Below, piece after piece: positions 36,642-46,512 of a stretch of DNA of 64,000 nucleotides. This stretch comes from Methanomassiliicoccales archaeon UBA147. Its GTDB lineage: Archaea; Thermoplasmatota; Thermoplasmata; SG8-5. Made by a program: the position numbers and the translations under genes. The DNA is taken from positions 3,651 through 67,650 of the forward strand of contig DAJR01000023.1 of assembly GCA_002496385.1 (NCBI GenBank), in the 5' to 3' direction. Position 1 is the stretch's first letter. Each line of letters opens with the position of its first letter. The notes below the pieces were generated by a model, which searched no databases, was not told where the DNA came from, and was given only the letters and a program-made list of their open reading frames with translations.

Positions 36642-39385
36642 AAAATAATAAAATAGTCGGTATTTGTCAGATTTTCAACGAGCTCGAAAAGGGCAACCTT
36701 GAACGGTTCGTGAAGCACATCGAACCACTCGTTGATGCCCTGGTGGTCTATGATGACGGCAGTACCGATGGCAGCTATGAATACATGCTGAAACGCACGC
36801 CCCATGTGATACGCGGGGCAAAGAACGATTTCGTCAACGAGATAGCCCATAAACAGATTCTGTTGGCCAAAGCATTGGAATTGTCTCCGGATTTCATTCT
36901 GTGGCTGGATGCTGATGAAGTATTGACCGCCAACGCTACCCGAACAAAGTTGAATGAGTTATGTGAATATTGTGTTGAAAAAGACCTGGATGGCCTTGAT
37001 TTCCATGAACTGAACATATGGCGCAGCCACAGCTGGAGGAGATTGGACAGTCGCTATGGTGACGGGCGGTTCACGCGCCTTTGGAGAGTGAGACCGGGTA
37101 TGAACTTCGGCGAGCCCGAATCCGGGTTGCATACACGAGTTGTCCCGCCGTCCATCCAGAAAGTGGAAAAGATATCCGATGTGGCTGTGATTCATTATGG
37201 CTTTTCCTCGAAAAAGCAACTTGCATACAAATATCTGGTTTACAGGAGTCATGGGCAGCGCGGCTATAACCGCCTTGACCGGCTGATATCCGAGGAGAAG
37301 CTGGCGACAGAAAAAATTCCGAAAGATCTCTTTCCGGATGAGTTGTGGATTGATGATGAAAAACCACAGCCAATGCCTTTTTTGGAATCTCTTTCATACG
37401 TTGAGGCATACCGGGACGAGGTATTCAGGCCCAGGTTCTCCATAATCTGCCTGATTTACAAGAGCGTTGAATGGCTGAAATTCGTGCATGAGCAGGTCCT
37501 GAAATATACAGATATGGCAGACAAGGAGTTCTTCTTTGTGGCAAACGATGCCAACGATGCGGTTCTGAAATACCTGCGCGACAACTACATACCTCACCAT
37601 GTGTTTGAGAACACGCCCGAACAAAGGTCTGAATGGTACATCAATAACATTTATCGGGCTTACAACTTCTCAGCCAAGAAGGCGAGGGGCGATTTCCTTG
37701 TCTTTATCAATTCAGATATGGCATTTTCTCCCGATTGGTTTGACAATCTCTGGAAGGCGTACAATGGCTCGAACTGTGTGGCGTCCAGGCTGGTGGAGTC
37801 CGGGAAGATGAAACCGGGGCGCTTCGGCATCGAGAAGGATTTCGGGCGGACCATTGACACATACCAAGAAACGGAATTTCTGCAATACGCGGCTTCGATT
37901 TCATCATCCGAGGTGAAGGATAACGGCCTCTTCATGCCACTGCTCATCCGCAAATCGCATTTTGAAAATGTGGGTGGATATCCTGAGGGGAACATATCCC
38001 CTGAGAGCGATATCTTCAACCCAATAATAGCGAAGAAGGACGAACCGCTCATCTCTGGCGATAATGTGCTCATGAAAAAGCTCAGAAGCCAGGGAATCAT
38101 GCACCAGACTGCTTTTAACAGCATAGCATACCATTTCCAATGCGGAGAGCTGGACAGCGCAGATAATTTAACATCCAATGCAGATGGGACCAAGGTGGCG
38201 GTGTGCAATGACATCGTAACCGGCTCGATGGGGGAGAAGGTGTTGTGGGATTTCCTCCTCGAATCTCTGCCGGCATCTGTCGGCGTGGACAAGAGGGTTG
38301 TGGGGAAGGATGGCGAATATTCGAAGAATGCCAGGGAACACATAAACCGGATGCATCCGGATATTAAAGTCATCATCCAGAACGCTTCCTTCATCCGAAC
38401 CGTGGACGAGACAAAGTACACGATAGCCTTCCTCCAGGATGACCTTCGGGCCATGAACAAACAGTCCAAGGTCCAGGAGGAGAACCTGTGGCTGGCAAGG
38501 AAGGTCATCACCAATTCCATAACCACCGCAATCTCCTATCCGGAATATGATTTTGAGATCATTCCGGTGGGCATCGATTCCGAGCTTTTCAGGCCCATGG
38601 ACAAGTCAATGGTGCGGAAAGAGATGGGGGTAAAAGATGGCAGGGTTGGGATTTTTGTTGGCAATTTCTCTGAAGTGAAAGGTTGGTCCAAGGTCCGTGA
38701 GTGCATCCTGCGTTTCCCGGATATCCAGTGGATACTCGTCTCGAAATACGACGAAACATTCAGCGCGCCCAACGCCAGGGTTTTCAACAGGATACCCCAA
38801 CAGGAGCTTGCGAAACTGCTGAATTGCGCAGATTTCTTCATCATCGGGTCTCCGGTCGAGACACAGTGCCTGGCAGCTTTGGAAGCATGTCTATGCGATG
38901 TGCCCGTGATAATGCGGAACGTGGGGATTTTCACGCAATTCAGCGAGGATGAACGCTCCAGGACCGGTCTGTTCGGCGAGGATTTCATTTCCGCGATTAA
39001 TGATATCCAGAATGGAACATTCTCTCCCCGCCGTGTCGTTCTCGACAGAAAATTGACCGTGCAGGATTCCATAGAAAGATGGAAACGTTCATTGACAACG
39101 GTCTTTCAGGAAATCAAAGTTGAGGTGTTGAAATCTTCCGGCAAGGTGGCCCCGAAAAGATTCAGCAACACGCGATTCAGAATGGAACAATCGTTAAGAG
39201 ACGGGACATTCTACTATGTTTCGCGACTGAGCCGGTTGGATGTCGTTACATTCAAAGAACTCGTCAAGAGCAAAGCACCGTATCCTCTCTACTGCAGGCT
39301 GGAGAAGATGTTGTTTTTTGGCCGAAAGGTTGTTAAAAAAATCACCGGCGACAATGAGGGGTCGGTCGTGCATCTTTCCAGGTAG
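36638..39385 (+). CDS. Three-domain glycosyltransferase (GT2-GT2-GT4)
   Basis: DDGSTDGS and WLDADE; RFSII and FINSDM, GGY; IPVGID.ELF, KGW, ETQCLAALEA. Confidence 0.85.
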   Translation: MKNNKIVGICQIFNELEKGNLERFVKHIEPLVDALVVYDDGSTDGSYEYMLKRTPHVIRGAKNDFVNEIAHKQILLAKALELSPDFILWLDADEVLTANATRTKLNELCEYCVEKDLDGLDFHELNIWRSHSWRRLDSRYGDGRFTRLWRVRPGMNFGEPESGLHTRVVPPSIQKVEKISDVAVIHYGFSSKKQLAYKYLVYRSHGQRGYNRLDRLISEEKLATEKIPKDLFPDELWIDDEKPQPMPFLESLSYVEAYRDEVFRPRFSIICLIYKSVEWLKFVHEQVLKYTDMADKEFFFVANDANDAVLKYLRDNYIPHHVFENTPEQRSEWYINNIYRAYNFSAKKARGDFLVFINSDMAFSPDWFDNLWKAYNGSNCVASRLVESGKMKPGRFGIEKDFGRTIDTYQETEFLQYAASISSSEVKDNGLFMPLLIRKSHFENVGGYPEGNISPESDIFNPIIAKKDEPLISGDNVLMKKLRSQGIMHQTAFNSIAYHFQCGELDSADNLTSNADGTKVAVCNDIVTGSMGEKVLWDFLLESLPASVGVDKRVVGKDGEYSKNAREHINRMHPDIKVIIQNASFIRTVDETKYTIAFLQDDLRAMNKQSKVQEENLWLARKVITNSITTAISYPEYDFEIIPVGIDSELFRPMDKSMVRKEMGVKDGRVGIFVGNFSEVKGWSKVRECILRFPDIQWILVSKYDETFSAPNARVFNRIPQQELAKLLNCADFFIIGSPVETQCLAALEACLCDVPVIMRNVGIFTQFSEDERSRTGLFGEDFISAINDIQNGTFSPRRVVLDRKLTVQDSIERWKRSLTTVFQEIKVEVLKSSGKVAPKRFSNTRFRMEQSLRDGTFYYVSRLSRLDVVTFKELVKSKAPYPLYCRLEKMLFFGRKVVKKITGDNEGSVVHLSR

Positions 39386-39473
39386 CCGATGTTGCGTCAA
39401 TTTTCCAGCATACCGGTGCCACCGGGTCTGTGCATAAAAGCATTTATATGCATCTGCCATATTGAAACCCATC

Positions 39474-40340
39474 ATGAAAGTGCTGGTACTTGGTTTATAT
39501 GGCATGCTTGGCCACAGATTGGCCAAAGCCCTAGCCGAACGGCATGAGGTCTGGGGAACCTGCCGCAAGATGAAGGACATTGACATCATTTCTAGAGATA
39601 AGATAATAGAGAATGTCAACGCCGATGACTTTCAGAGCGTTCTGGATGCAATAGACCGGGTCAAGCCCGACGTGGTCATCAACTGCATAGGTGTGATTAA
39701 GCAACTGAAGGCCGCAGAAGATGTGCAAATCAGCCTTGAGATTAATTCACTTTTCCCGCAGAAACTGGCCGTGGCCTGTGGAGCCTGTAATATCCGACTG
39801 ATACACTTCAGCACGGACTGCGTTTTCTCCGGCCAGAAAGGGATGTATAGGGAAAGCGACGTACCGGATGCCACGGACATCTACGGCAAGACAAAATATT
39901 TGGGGGAGATCAAAGGCCATAACTGCCTCACCATCAGGTCCTCCATCATCGGGCGCGAACTCGGCACGAAGAACGGGCTCCTGGAATGGTTCATAGCCAA
40001 CAGGGGTAAGGCCGTGAAGGGATACCGCAAGGCCATATACTCCGGATTCACAACGTTGGAAATGGGGAACATCGTGAGCAGGATGATTGAAAAGCATCCG
40101 GGCCTTTCGGGGGTGTGGCAGGTATCTTCCAAGCCAATATCCAAATACGAATTGCTCAAACTCATCAACGATAAATTCGGCCTTGGCATCACCATCGAGC
40201 CATCTGATGAAGTCCACTGCGACCGGAGCCTCGACAGCTCAAAATTCACAAAGGAGACTGGCTACAAGGCTCCGAGTTGGGAGAGCATGATAGAATCAAT
40301 ATTAAAGGATGAAACAATGTACGAGGGTGTGAAAACATGA
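39474..40340 (+). CDS. RmlD-family NDP-4-keto-6-deoxysugar reductase
   Basis: G..GMLG, STDCVFSG, YGKTK..GE, RSSIIG, DRSL. Confidence 0.88.
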   Translation: MKVLVLGLYGMLGHRLAKALAERHEVWGTCRKMKDIDIISRDKIIENVNADDFQSVLDAIDRVKPDVVINCIGVIKQLKAAEDVQISLEINSLFPQKLAVACGACNIRLIHFSTDCVFSGQKGMYRESDVPDATDIYGKTKYLGEIKGHNCLTIRSSIIGRELGTKNGLLEWFIANRGKAVKGYRKAIYSGFTTLEMGNIVSRMIEKHPGLSGVWQVSSKPISKYELLKLINDKFGLGITIEPSDEVHCDRSLDSSKFTKETGYKAPSWESMIESILKDETMYEGVKT

Positions 40341-41398
40341 TAATGGACGGCAAGCGAGTATTGATCACGGGCGGAACTGGCTCATTGGGAAAGGTACTGG
40401 TGAAGCGGCTATTATCGGGGGAATTGGGAACCCCGAAGCAGATTGTCGTGTTCTCAAGAGATGAGGCGAAACAGCATTTCATGCGGCTCAGTTACCTGGA
40501 AAATAAATCCGCGACCGACGAGGTCATTTATGAGAACTTCAAGAATTTGCTCACTTTCAGAATCGGCGACGTGCGGGACTTCCACAGTGTCAGCAGCGTT
40601 GTGCGGGGGGCGGATGTCATCTTCAACGCCGCGGCTCTGAAGCAGGTTCCTTCTTGCGAGTATTTTCCGTTCGAAGCGGTCCAGACCAACATTTGTGGCC
40701 CGGAGAACATCGTGCGCGCCATCAAGGAGAATGACCTAGATGTTGAGACTGTGGTGGGTATATCCACGGACAAGGCATGCAAGCCAGTGAACGTCATGGG
40801 CATGACGAAAGCACTCCAGGAGCGCGTTTTCCTGACCGCAAACCTCGATTGCAACGGCACAAGGTTCGTGTGCGTCAGATACGGGAATGTCCTGGCGTCT
40901 AGAGGGTCGGTGATACCGTTCTTCCACGAGCAGATACTGAAAGGGGGCCCTGTCACCATCACCACACCGGACATGACTCGGTTCCTGCTGAGCCTTGACC
41001 AGGCTGTGGACACAGTCTTCGCGGCTGTTAAAGAGGCAAAACCGGGTGAGACCTACATTCCGAGGGTGCCGTCGGCCAGAATTATGGATGTGGCAGATGC
41101 CCTGATTGAGAAGCGCAAGATAAAGAAGGTCATCACGGGAGTGAGGCCAGGCGAGAAGATCCATGAGATACTCATAACCGAGGAGGAGATACACAGGACT
41201 ATGGATAGGAAAAAATACTATGCCATTGCCCCAATCCTGCCGGAGCTGGCATCCGTGAAAAATATCAAGCCGGTACTCAAGGACGAATTCAGTTCGAGAG
41301 ATGACCTGATGAACACGAAACAGGTGTACCAGTTATTGAAGAAGAACCGGCTCCTCGTAGGGGACGTGACAGGTGAAGTGGGAGAGGTGTTGCGTTGA
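40337..41398 (+). CDS. UDP-GlcNAc 4,6-dehydratase/epimerase (FnlA/CapE/WbvB type)
   Basis: TGGTGS.G, SRDE.KQ, AALKQVPSCE, STDKA, MG.TKA, RYGNV..SRGSVIP, MTRF, RPGEK.HE. Confidence 0.9.
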   Translation: MIMDGKRVLITGGTGSLGKVLVKRLLSGELGTPKQIVVFSRDEAKQHFMRLSYLENKSATDEVIYENFKNLLTFRIGDVRDFHSVSSVVRGADVIFNAAALKQVPSCEYFPFEAVQTNICGPENIVRAIKENDLDVETVVGISTDKACKPVNVMGMTKALQERVFLTANLDCNGTRFVCVRYGNVLASRGSVIPFFHEQILKGGPVTITTPDMTRFLLSLDQAVDTVFAAVKEAKPGETYIPRVPSARIMDVADALIEKRKIKKVITGVRPGEKIHEILITEEEIHRTMDRKKYYAIAPILPELASVKNIKPVLKDEFSSRDDLMNTKQVYQLLKKNRLLVGDVTGEVGEVLR

Positions 41399-42465
41399 AG
41401 GTTTTGACTGTTCTTGGCACCAGGCCGGAAATCATACGGCTGAGCAGAGTGATTGGCAAGCTGGATCAGAGTGCCGACCATGTGCTTGTCCATACCGGCC
41501 AGAACTATGACAAGAACCTTGATGATATCTTTTTCAAGCAGCTCAATGTCAGAAAGCCGGATTATTATCTCGGTGCCAAAGGCAGCTTTGCGGAGCAGGT
41601 CGGGATCATCCTGAAAGGCATGGAAAGCGCCCTGACCAAGGAAAAGCCGGACAAGGTGCTGGCACTGGGGGACACAAACAGCGCGCTTTCTGTCATTGTG
41701 GCCAAGCGCATGGGCATTCCTGTCTACCACATGGAAGCCGGCAACCGATGTTACGATGACCGCGTCCCTGAGGAAGTGAACCGCCGAATAATCGACCATT
41801 CCAGCGACATACTCATGCCCTACACCGAGCGCAGCCGCATGAACCTCCTGCTGGAGGGCATCCAGGGCGAGCGGATATTCGTGACAGGAAACCCCATAAA
41901 AGAGGTACTGGACCATTATCAGAAGAAGATAGATTCAAGCAAGGCCATCCAGACATTCGGCCTGAATAAAGGCAAATATTTCCTGGCTACGCTCCACAGG
42001 GCGGAAAATGTCGATGTGCCTGAGCGCCTGGATAATTTCGTCAAGGCGTTCAATGCACTTGCATCCACATACAAAGTGCCGATAATCTGGAGCGTTCACC
42101 CCCATACCCGGAAAAGACTGCAGAAGAGGAAGCTGGACAAGCGCATCATGGCCATCGAGCCTCTGGGCCTGTTCGATTTCATCAACCTGGAGAAAAATGC
42201 CATCTGCGTGCTGACGGACTCGGGCACGGTCCAAGAGGAATGCTGCATCTTCAAAGTGCCGAACGTTACCCTCAGGGATGTCACGGAAAGGCCGGAAACC
42301 ATTGAGGTGGGCAGTAATATATTAAGCGGCTCTGAACCGGGAAAAATCCGAAAATGCGTTGAACTGGCCCTCGAAAATCCTTGTAACTGGGCTCCACCGA
42401 AGGAATACCTGGTGCCTGACGTTAGCTCAGCAGTCATGAACATATTAACTGGCTACAAGCGGTGA
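41395..42465 (+). CDS. Non-hydrolysing UDP-HexNAc 2-epimerase (FnlC/CapG/WbvD type)
   Basis: GTRPEIIRL, HTGQNYD, GDTNS, HMEAGNR, PEE.NR, TDSGT.QEE, ERPE. Confidence 0.92.
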   Translation: MKVLTVLGTRPEIIRLSRVIGKLDQSADHVLVHTGQNYDKNLDDIFFKQLNVRKPDYYLGAKGSFAEQVGIILKGMESALTKEKPDKVLALGDTNSALSVIVAKRMGIPVYHMEAGNRCYDDRVPEEVNRRIIDHSSDILMPYTERSRMNLLLEGIQGERIFVTGNPIKEVLDHYQKKIDSSKAIQTFGLNKGKYFLATLHRAENVDVPERLDNFVKAFNALASTYKVPIIWSVHPHTRKRLQKRKLDKRIMAIEPLGLFDFINLEKNAICVLTDSGTVQEECCIFKVPNVTLRDVTERPETIEVGSNILSGSEPGKIRKCVELALENPCNWAPPKEYLVPDVSSAVMNILTGYKR

Positions 42466-42469
42466 TAAT

Positions 42470-43993
42470 TTGGCGGAGAAACAACCGCTCGTTTCAATAA
42501 TAATTCCTGTCTACAACGGTTCGGATTATTTGGGAGAAGCCATAAACAGCGCATTGGCCCAGACATATAAGAATATCGAGATTATCGTCATCAACGACGG
42601 TTCCAACGATGGCGGAAAGACCGAGAAAGTTGCCAAATCGTTCGGGGATAGGATTCGATACATAAGCAAGGAAAATGGGGGGGTGGCATCGGCGCTGAAT
42701 GCCGGGATTAAGGCATCCAGAGGAGAATACATATCCTGGCTCAGCCATGATGACATGTATGACACAAATAAGATAGAGGTTCAAATTAATTTTCTAGTCA
42801 ATAAAGGATACCAAAATGTAGTGATATTTTCCGATTATGAAATTATCGATGATAAATCGGTGCATATTAGAACACAGAGTATCGACCCAAAATTTTTAAA
42901 ATCCATATACCTTACCATTTTATCAACATCTATCAATGGATGTTCAATGCTTATCCCGAGAGATTGCTTTATGATTGCTGGCAATTTCAATGAAACACTT
43001 AAAACAGTGCAAGATAATGAAATGTGGCTTCGAATTGCATCGAAAAATATAAAATTCGAATACCTCCCAGTAAGTTTGATTAAATCTCGGGTACATCCCA
43101 ACCAAACAAGCGTAAAGATTAGCGATTTTCATCAGAAGGAGAAGGACGTATTTTATCTTTGGGCTATCGACATAATACAAGGTGAAGTGAAAATAATTTT
43201 CAATGAATTAGAAGATATTGTCTTATCTAAAAAGTGCTTTAACGCCCATAGAGAGTTGATGAAAAAATGTGGAAGTGGGGAACGAAAGCTTAAGAGAGTT
43301 AATAGCATCTTCAAACATCTTGCTGCCAGATGTGGACTTCTTGATATTGCGCTTAAAGCCCAGATTGCCTTTAATTTTTCTCCGACCGAAAACAGCAAAT
43401 TCACTACGTCTTCAGATTATTGGGAGACAAGATATGCCAATGGCTGTTGCTCGGGTGGGGGATCATACGGCAAGTTGGCGATATACAAAGCGAATATTAT
43501 TAATTCCTTCGTTAAAAAATATTCAATACAAAGTGTTATTGAACTTGGCTGCGGAGATGGGAATCAATTGTCATATTATGTATTTTCAAGGTATATTGGG
43601 ATTGACGTGTCCGAGACTGCAATCACATTATGCAAGAACAAGTTCAAAGAGGATAAAACAAAAGAATTTCATTTATATTCACACTTTTTCAATGAGATGG
43701 AAAAACAAAAAGCGGAATTATCATTGTCTATCGATGTATTATATCACCTTGTAGAGGAGGAAGTATTCTCATCATATATCAATAACCTATTCAGATGTTC
43801 TGACAAATTTGTTATTATTTATTCGACCAACTTCAGTAAAAAGCAAGATGCTAAACATCACGTTGACCGTGAGATTGTTTCCTATATCGAGAAGACAATT
43901 GTTGATTTTAAATTAATTGAGCAGATTGAAAATCATTACAAAGGCCCGGAAACAATGTCAGACTTTTTCATCTATAAGAAAATTGAAGCTTAG
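42470..43993 (+). CDS. GT2 glycosyltransferase fused to a C-terminal SAM methyltransferase-like domain
   Basis: VSIIIPVYN, NDGS.D, WLSHDD; YWE.RY..G..SG.GS, ELGCGDG, DVLYHL; AT-rich. Confidence 0.85.
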   Translation: MAEKQPLVSIIIPVYNGSDYLGEAINSALAQTYKNIEIIVINDGSNDGGKTEKVAKSFGDRIRYISKENGGVASALNAGIKASRGEYISWLSHDDMYDTNKIEVQINFLVNKGYQNVVIFSDYEIIDDKSVHIRTQSIDPKFLKSIYLTILSTSINGCSMLIPRDCFMIAGNFNETLKTVQDNEMWLRIASKNIKFEYLPVSLIKSRVHPNQTSVKISDFHQKEKDVFYLWAIDIIQGEVKIIFNELEDIVLSKKCFNAHRELMKKCGSGERKLKRVNSIFKHLAARCGLLDIALKAQIAFNFSPTENSKFTTSSDYWETRYANGCCSGGGSYGKLAIYKANIINSFVKKYSIQSVIELGCGDGNQLSYYVFSRYIGIDVSETAITLCKNKFKEDKTKEFHLYSHFFNEMEKQKAELSLSIDVLYHLVEEEVFSSYINNLFRCSDKFVIIYSTNFSKKQDAKHHVDREIVSYIEKTIVDFKLIEQIENHYKGPETMSDFFIYKKIEA

Positions 43994-44029
43994 ATTGACA
44001 AGTTGAATTGAGGATGTTACTGGACCGGA

Positions 44030-45229
44030 TTATTTGATATGCAGATTATAAATATCGATTTCCTTATTGACGGTATTCTTCCAATCCATTTTTATTGCCA
44101 TATTGCGCAGTGCTGTCCTGTCCCAGTTATGATTCAATGTGTCCACAACGGCCTTGGCGAAACGGGTCTCAAAACCATCTCCATCGGGGACAATGACGCC
44201 GCCCTCCGCTATAACCTCAGGTATTCCGCCGCAGTTACTGCCAACAACAGGCACGCCACATGCCTGTGCTTCCAATACTACGCAGCCAAATCCCTCTTTC
44301 CTGCTTGGCAATATCAACACATCCATCGCATTGATGTAATTTGGTATGTGGCTGGGTGGAACAATGCCCGTGAATTTCACTTTTATGTTCAATTCATTAC
44401 ATCTATCTGCAATGGATTTTCGTAGGTCTCCGTCTCCGACGACCAGGAACTCCACATCCTTCCGCTTCCCCCGGATCTTTTGAAAAATCTCGGGAAGCTT
44501 GTCTGCCCTTTTCACTTCTTTTAGATTGCCTACATAGCCTACCACTTTCTTGGACAAGGCAAGCTCTGTTTTTTTCATTTCTTTATCTTGAATTGTGAAA
44601 TGGCTTGTGTCCACGCCGTTTGAAATCACGACAGCGTTTTCTCCAGAATAGCCAAGGTCCTTGGCTGCTTTCAACAGGGACTTGCTCACAAAAATCACTC
44701 TGTCGGCCTCTCTTAGAACGGAAACGGTCATCGCCCTGACAGAATGGTCCAGCTGCGGATATGTATGTATGTCAGAACCATGGCATGTGATTACCAGGGG
44801 AAGGCCTGTTCTCCGGCTCAGGGCGGTTCCCACGCATCCTTCTGGGTATGGAATGTGGCAGTGAATCAAATCATACTTTGAAAAATCAACTTTCGATAGA
44901 ATGATATCGGCGAATTTCTCGCACATCTGCTTTCGGTATTTTACCGGATTGCGTCTTCTCCTGAAGGCATCCTTCAGGCCGATTCTATAGGTGAAACCCG
45001 TCCATGTGACCCCCTCTTTTATGATTTTCTCTTTCTCTCCCTGAACGATACCCCTGCCCAGCATCTTATGAATCAACGCGTATATTGGTTCATGGTTCAT
45101 AATTAAAAAATGCACATCGCAAGCCAGCCCCTGAGAGCGCAGTTGCTTAATCCGCGGGGTGATGAATGCTTCTTTCATCGGGTTGTCTGGTGTTGGGCGC
45201 TCTTGAGAAACGTAGAATATCCTAACCAG
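44030..45229 (-). CDS. GT4 glycosyltransferase (start uncertain: CTG at 45229 or ATG at 45178)
   Basis: HGSD, NGVD, PS..EGFG.V.LEA.ACG.PV; in-frame upstream LVRIFYVSQERPTPDNP looks like the usual first beta-strand. Confidence 0.85.
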   Translation of the reverse strand: MVRIFYVSQERPTPDNPMKEAFITPRIKQLRSQGLACDVHFLIMNHEPIYALIHKMLGRGIVQGEKEKIIKEGVTWTGFTYRIGLKDAFRRRRNPVKYRKQMCEKFADIILSKVDFSKYDLIHCHIPYPEGCVGTALSRRTGLPLVITCHGSDIHTYPQLDHSVRAMTVSVLREADRVIFVSKSLLKAAKDLGYSGENAVVISNGVDTSHFTIQDKEMKKTELALSKKVVGYVGNLKEVKRADKLPEIFQKIRGKRKDVEFLVVGDGDLRKSIADRCNELNIKVKFTGIVPPSHIPNYINAMDVLILPSRKEGFGCVVLEAQACGVPVVGSNCGGIPEVIAEGGVIVPDGDGFETRFAKAVVDTLNHNWDRTALRNMAIKMDWKNTVNKEIDIYNLHIK

Positions 45230-46367
45230 AACTTAACCCCCGCTTGATTTTGCTCAGCAACCTCATTGCTTTCCCATTTTGTCCAATGGAGGAAGAGTGA
45301 GGGTAATCAAGGATGGTTTTCTTGGGTAAATTCATAATTTCGTTAAATTCATCCAGCGTAAGGTTTAATTTTTCCGCGACATAATTAATCTCATCTTTTA
45401 TCTTGTCTTTATCATAAGGGCTCTTTTCTAGTTCGCGCAATGCATCTTGGCGTCTCATCTGGCCAGCCACTATCAGGCTCGAAAAGAACATCCTGCGCTT
45501 GTCGAAGCCGAATTTGGTAGGTAGTATGTATGTTTGGAAAAATTTCGTGTATGTGGATTCGAGATGTTTCCCGCCGTAATCCTTCCAATCCAGTTTGGCG
45601 GCTATCTCCTTCTTAGCCTTGTCCTTGTCATAATCCACATAATCCAGGAAGTGCACCCATTTAATGTTCAATGTCTTCCTATAGTAGTCCTGTTTTTTGG
45701 TATCCATATGAGGGAAAGTTTTAAGCTCCTTGGTGCCGAATTGTTGTTGAACTGCTGAGATGTATTCCCAATCCATGTGGCCCCGGGACCATGCGGGAGG
45801 AAGAATCGATTCGGTAACATGGTTTGTTCCTGCAAGGATGAATTTCAGGCTCTCCTTCTCAGCCATTTCAAACATTATGGACTGCATTGCATGATCAGAT
45901 GGGATTTCCGAGTCCGGGGTTGATGCCTTTAGGAAAGAAAGCTGGAGATCCCTGAACTCCTCCCAATCTGCGACAATGGTCCGCATCTCGATGCCCAGCT
46001 TCTTGCATACGGTTTCCATGTTGTGGACTGCTATATCTGTGTTCCAACCATTGTCAACATGAATTGCCAGCGGATTGAGGTCAAGTTGCCTGGCCAGGTA
46101 TGCGGTGTATGTGCTGTCAACCCCGCCGCTTACGCCGAGGATGCAATCGTATGATTTCCCTTTTCCGTCCTCCTTGATCTTTTTTACCAACCTATCAAGT
46201 TCTTGCTTCTTCTTCTCTTTGCTCAAAGAAAGGGGGGGTTTCGAGAGGATATTTAATGAATCGGTGCAATGGTTGCAATGCCCTTGCCTGTCAAAGACAA
46301 TGTCGGGATTTGATGTATCCATCACACATCGTGTGCATATCTGATATTCACGTGTTTTCTTCTTCAT
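45222..46367 (-). CDS. N-acetyl sugar amidotransferase (WbpG/WbuX type)
   Basis: C.RCVMD, C.HC, YDC..GVSGGVDS PP-loop, DNGWN, YGGKH.ES, KFG.DKR. Confidence 0.9.
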   Translation of the reverse strand: MKKKTREYQICTRCVMDTSNPDIVFDRQGHCNHCTDSLNILSKPPLSLSKEKKKQELDRLVKKIKEDGKGKSYDCILGVSGGVDSTYTAYLARQLDLNPLAIHVDNGWNTDIAVHNMETVCKKLGIEMRTIVADWEEFRDLQLSFLKASTPDSEIPSDHAMQSIMFEMAEKESLKFILAGTNHVTESILPPAWSRGHMDWEYISAVQQQFGTKELKTFPHMDTKKQDYYRKTLNIKWVHFLDYVDYDKDKAKKEIAAKLDWKDYGGKHLESTYTKFFQTYILPTKFGFDKRRMFFSSLIVAGQMRRQDALRELEKSPYDKDKIKDEINYVAEKLNLTLDEFNEIMNLPKKTILDYPHSSSIGQNGKAMRLLSKIKRGLSSG

Positions 46368-46512
46368 GCAAATACACAGAATTATTGATATTTATATCTA
46401 TCGATTATTGAAACATGTTGATGGGATGACAACTGCACATTGTGGGATAGATGTGATGGGTGAGAAAACCCATGGAAATTGTTATTTAGTTATTCATCAT
46501 TACGATAAATTA

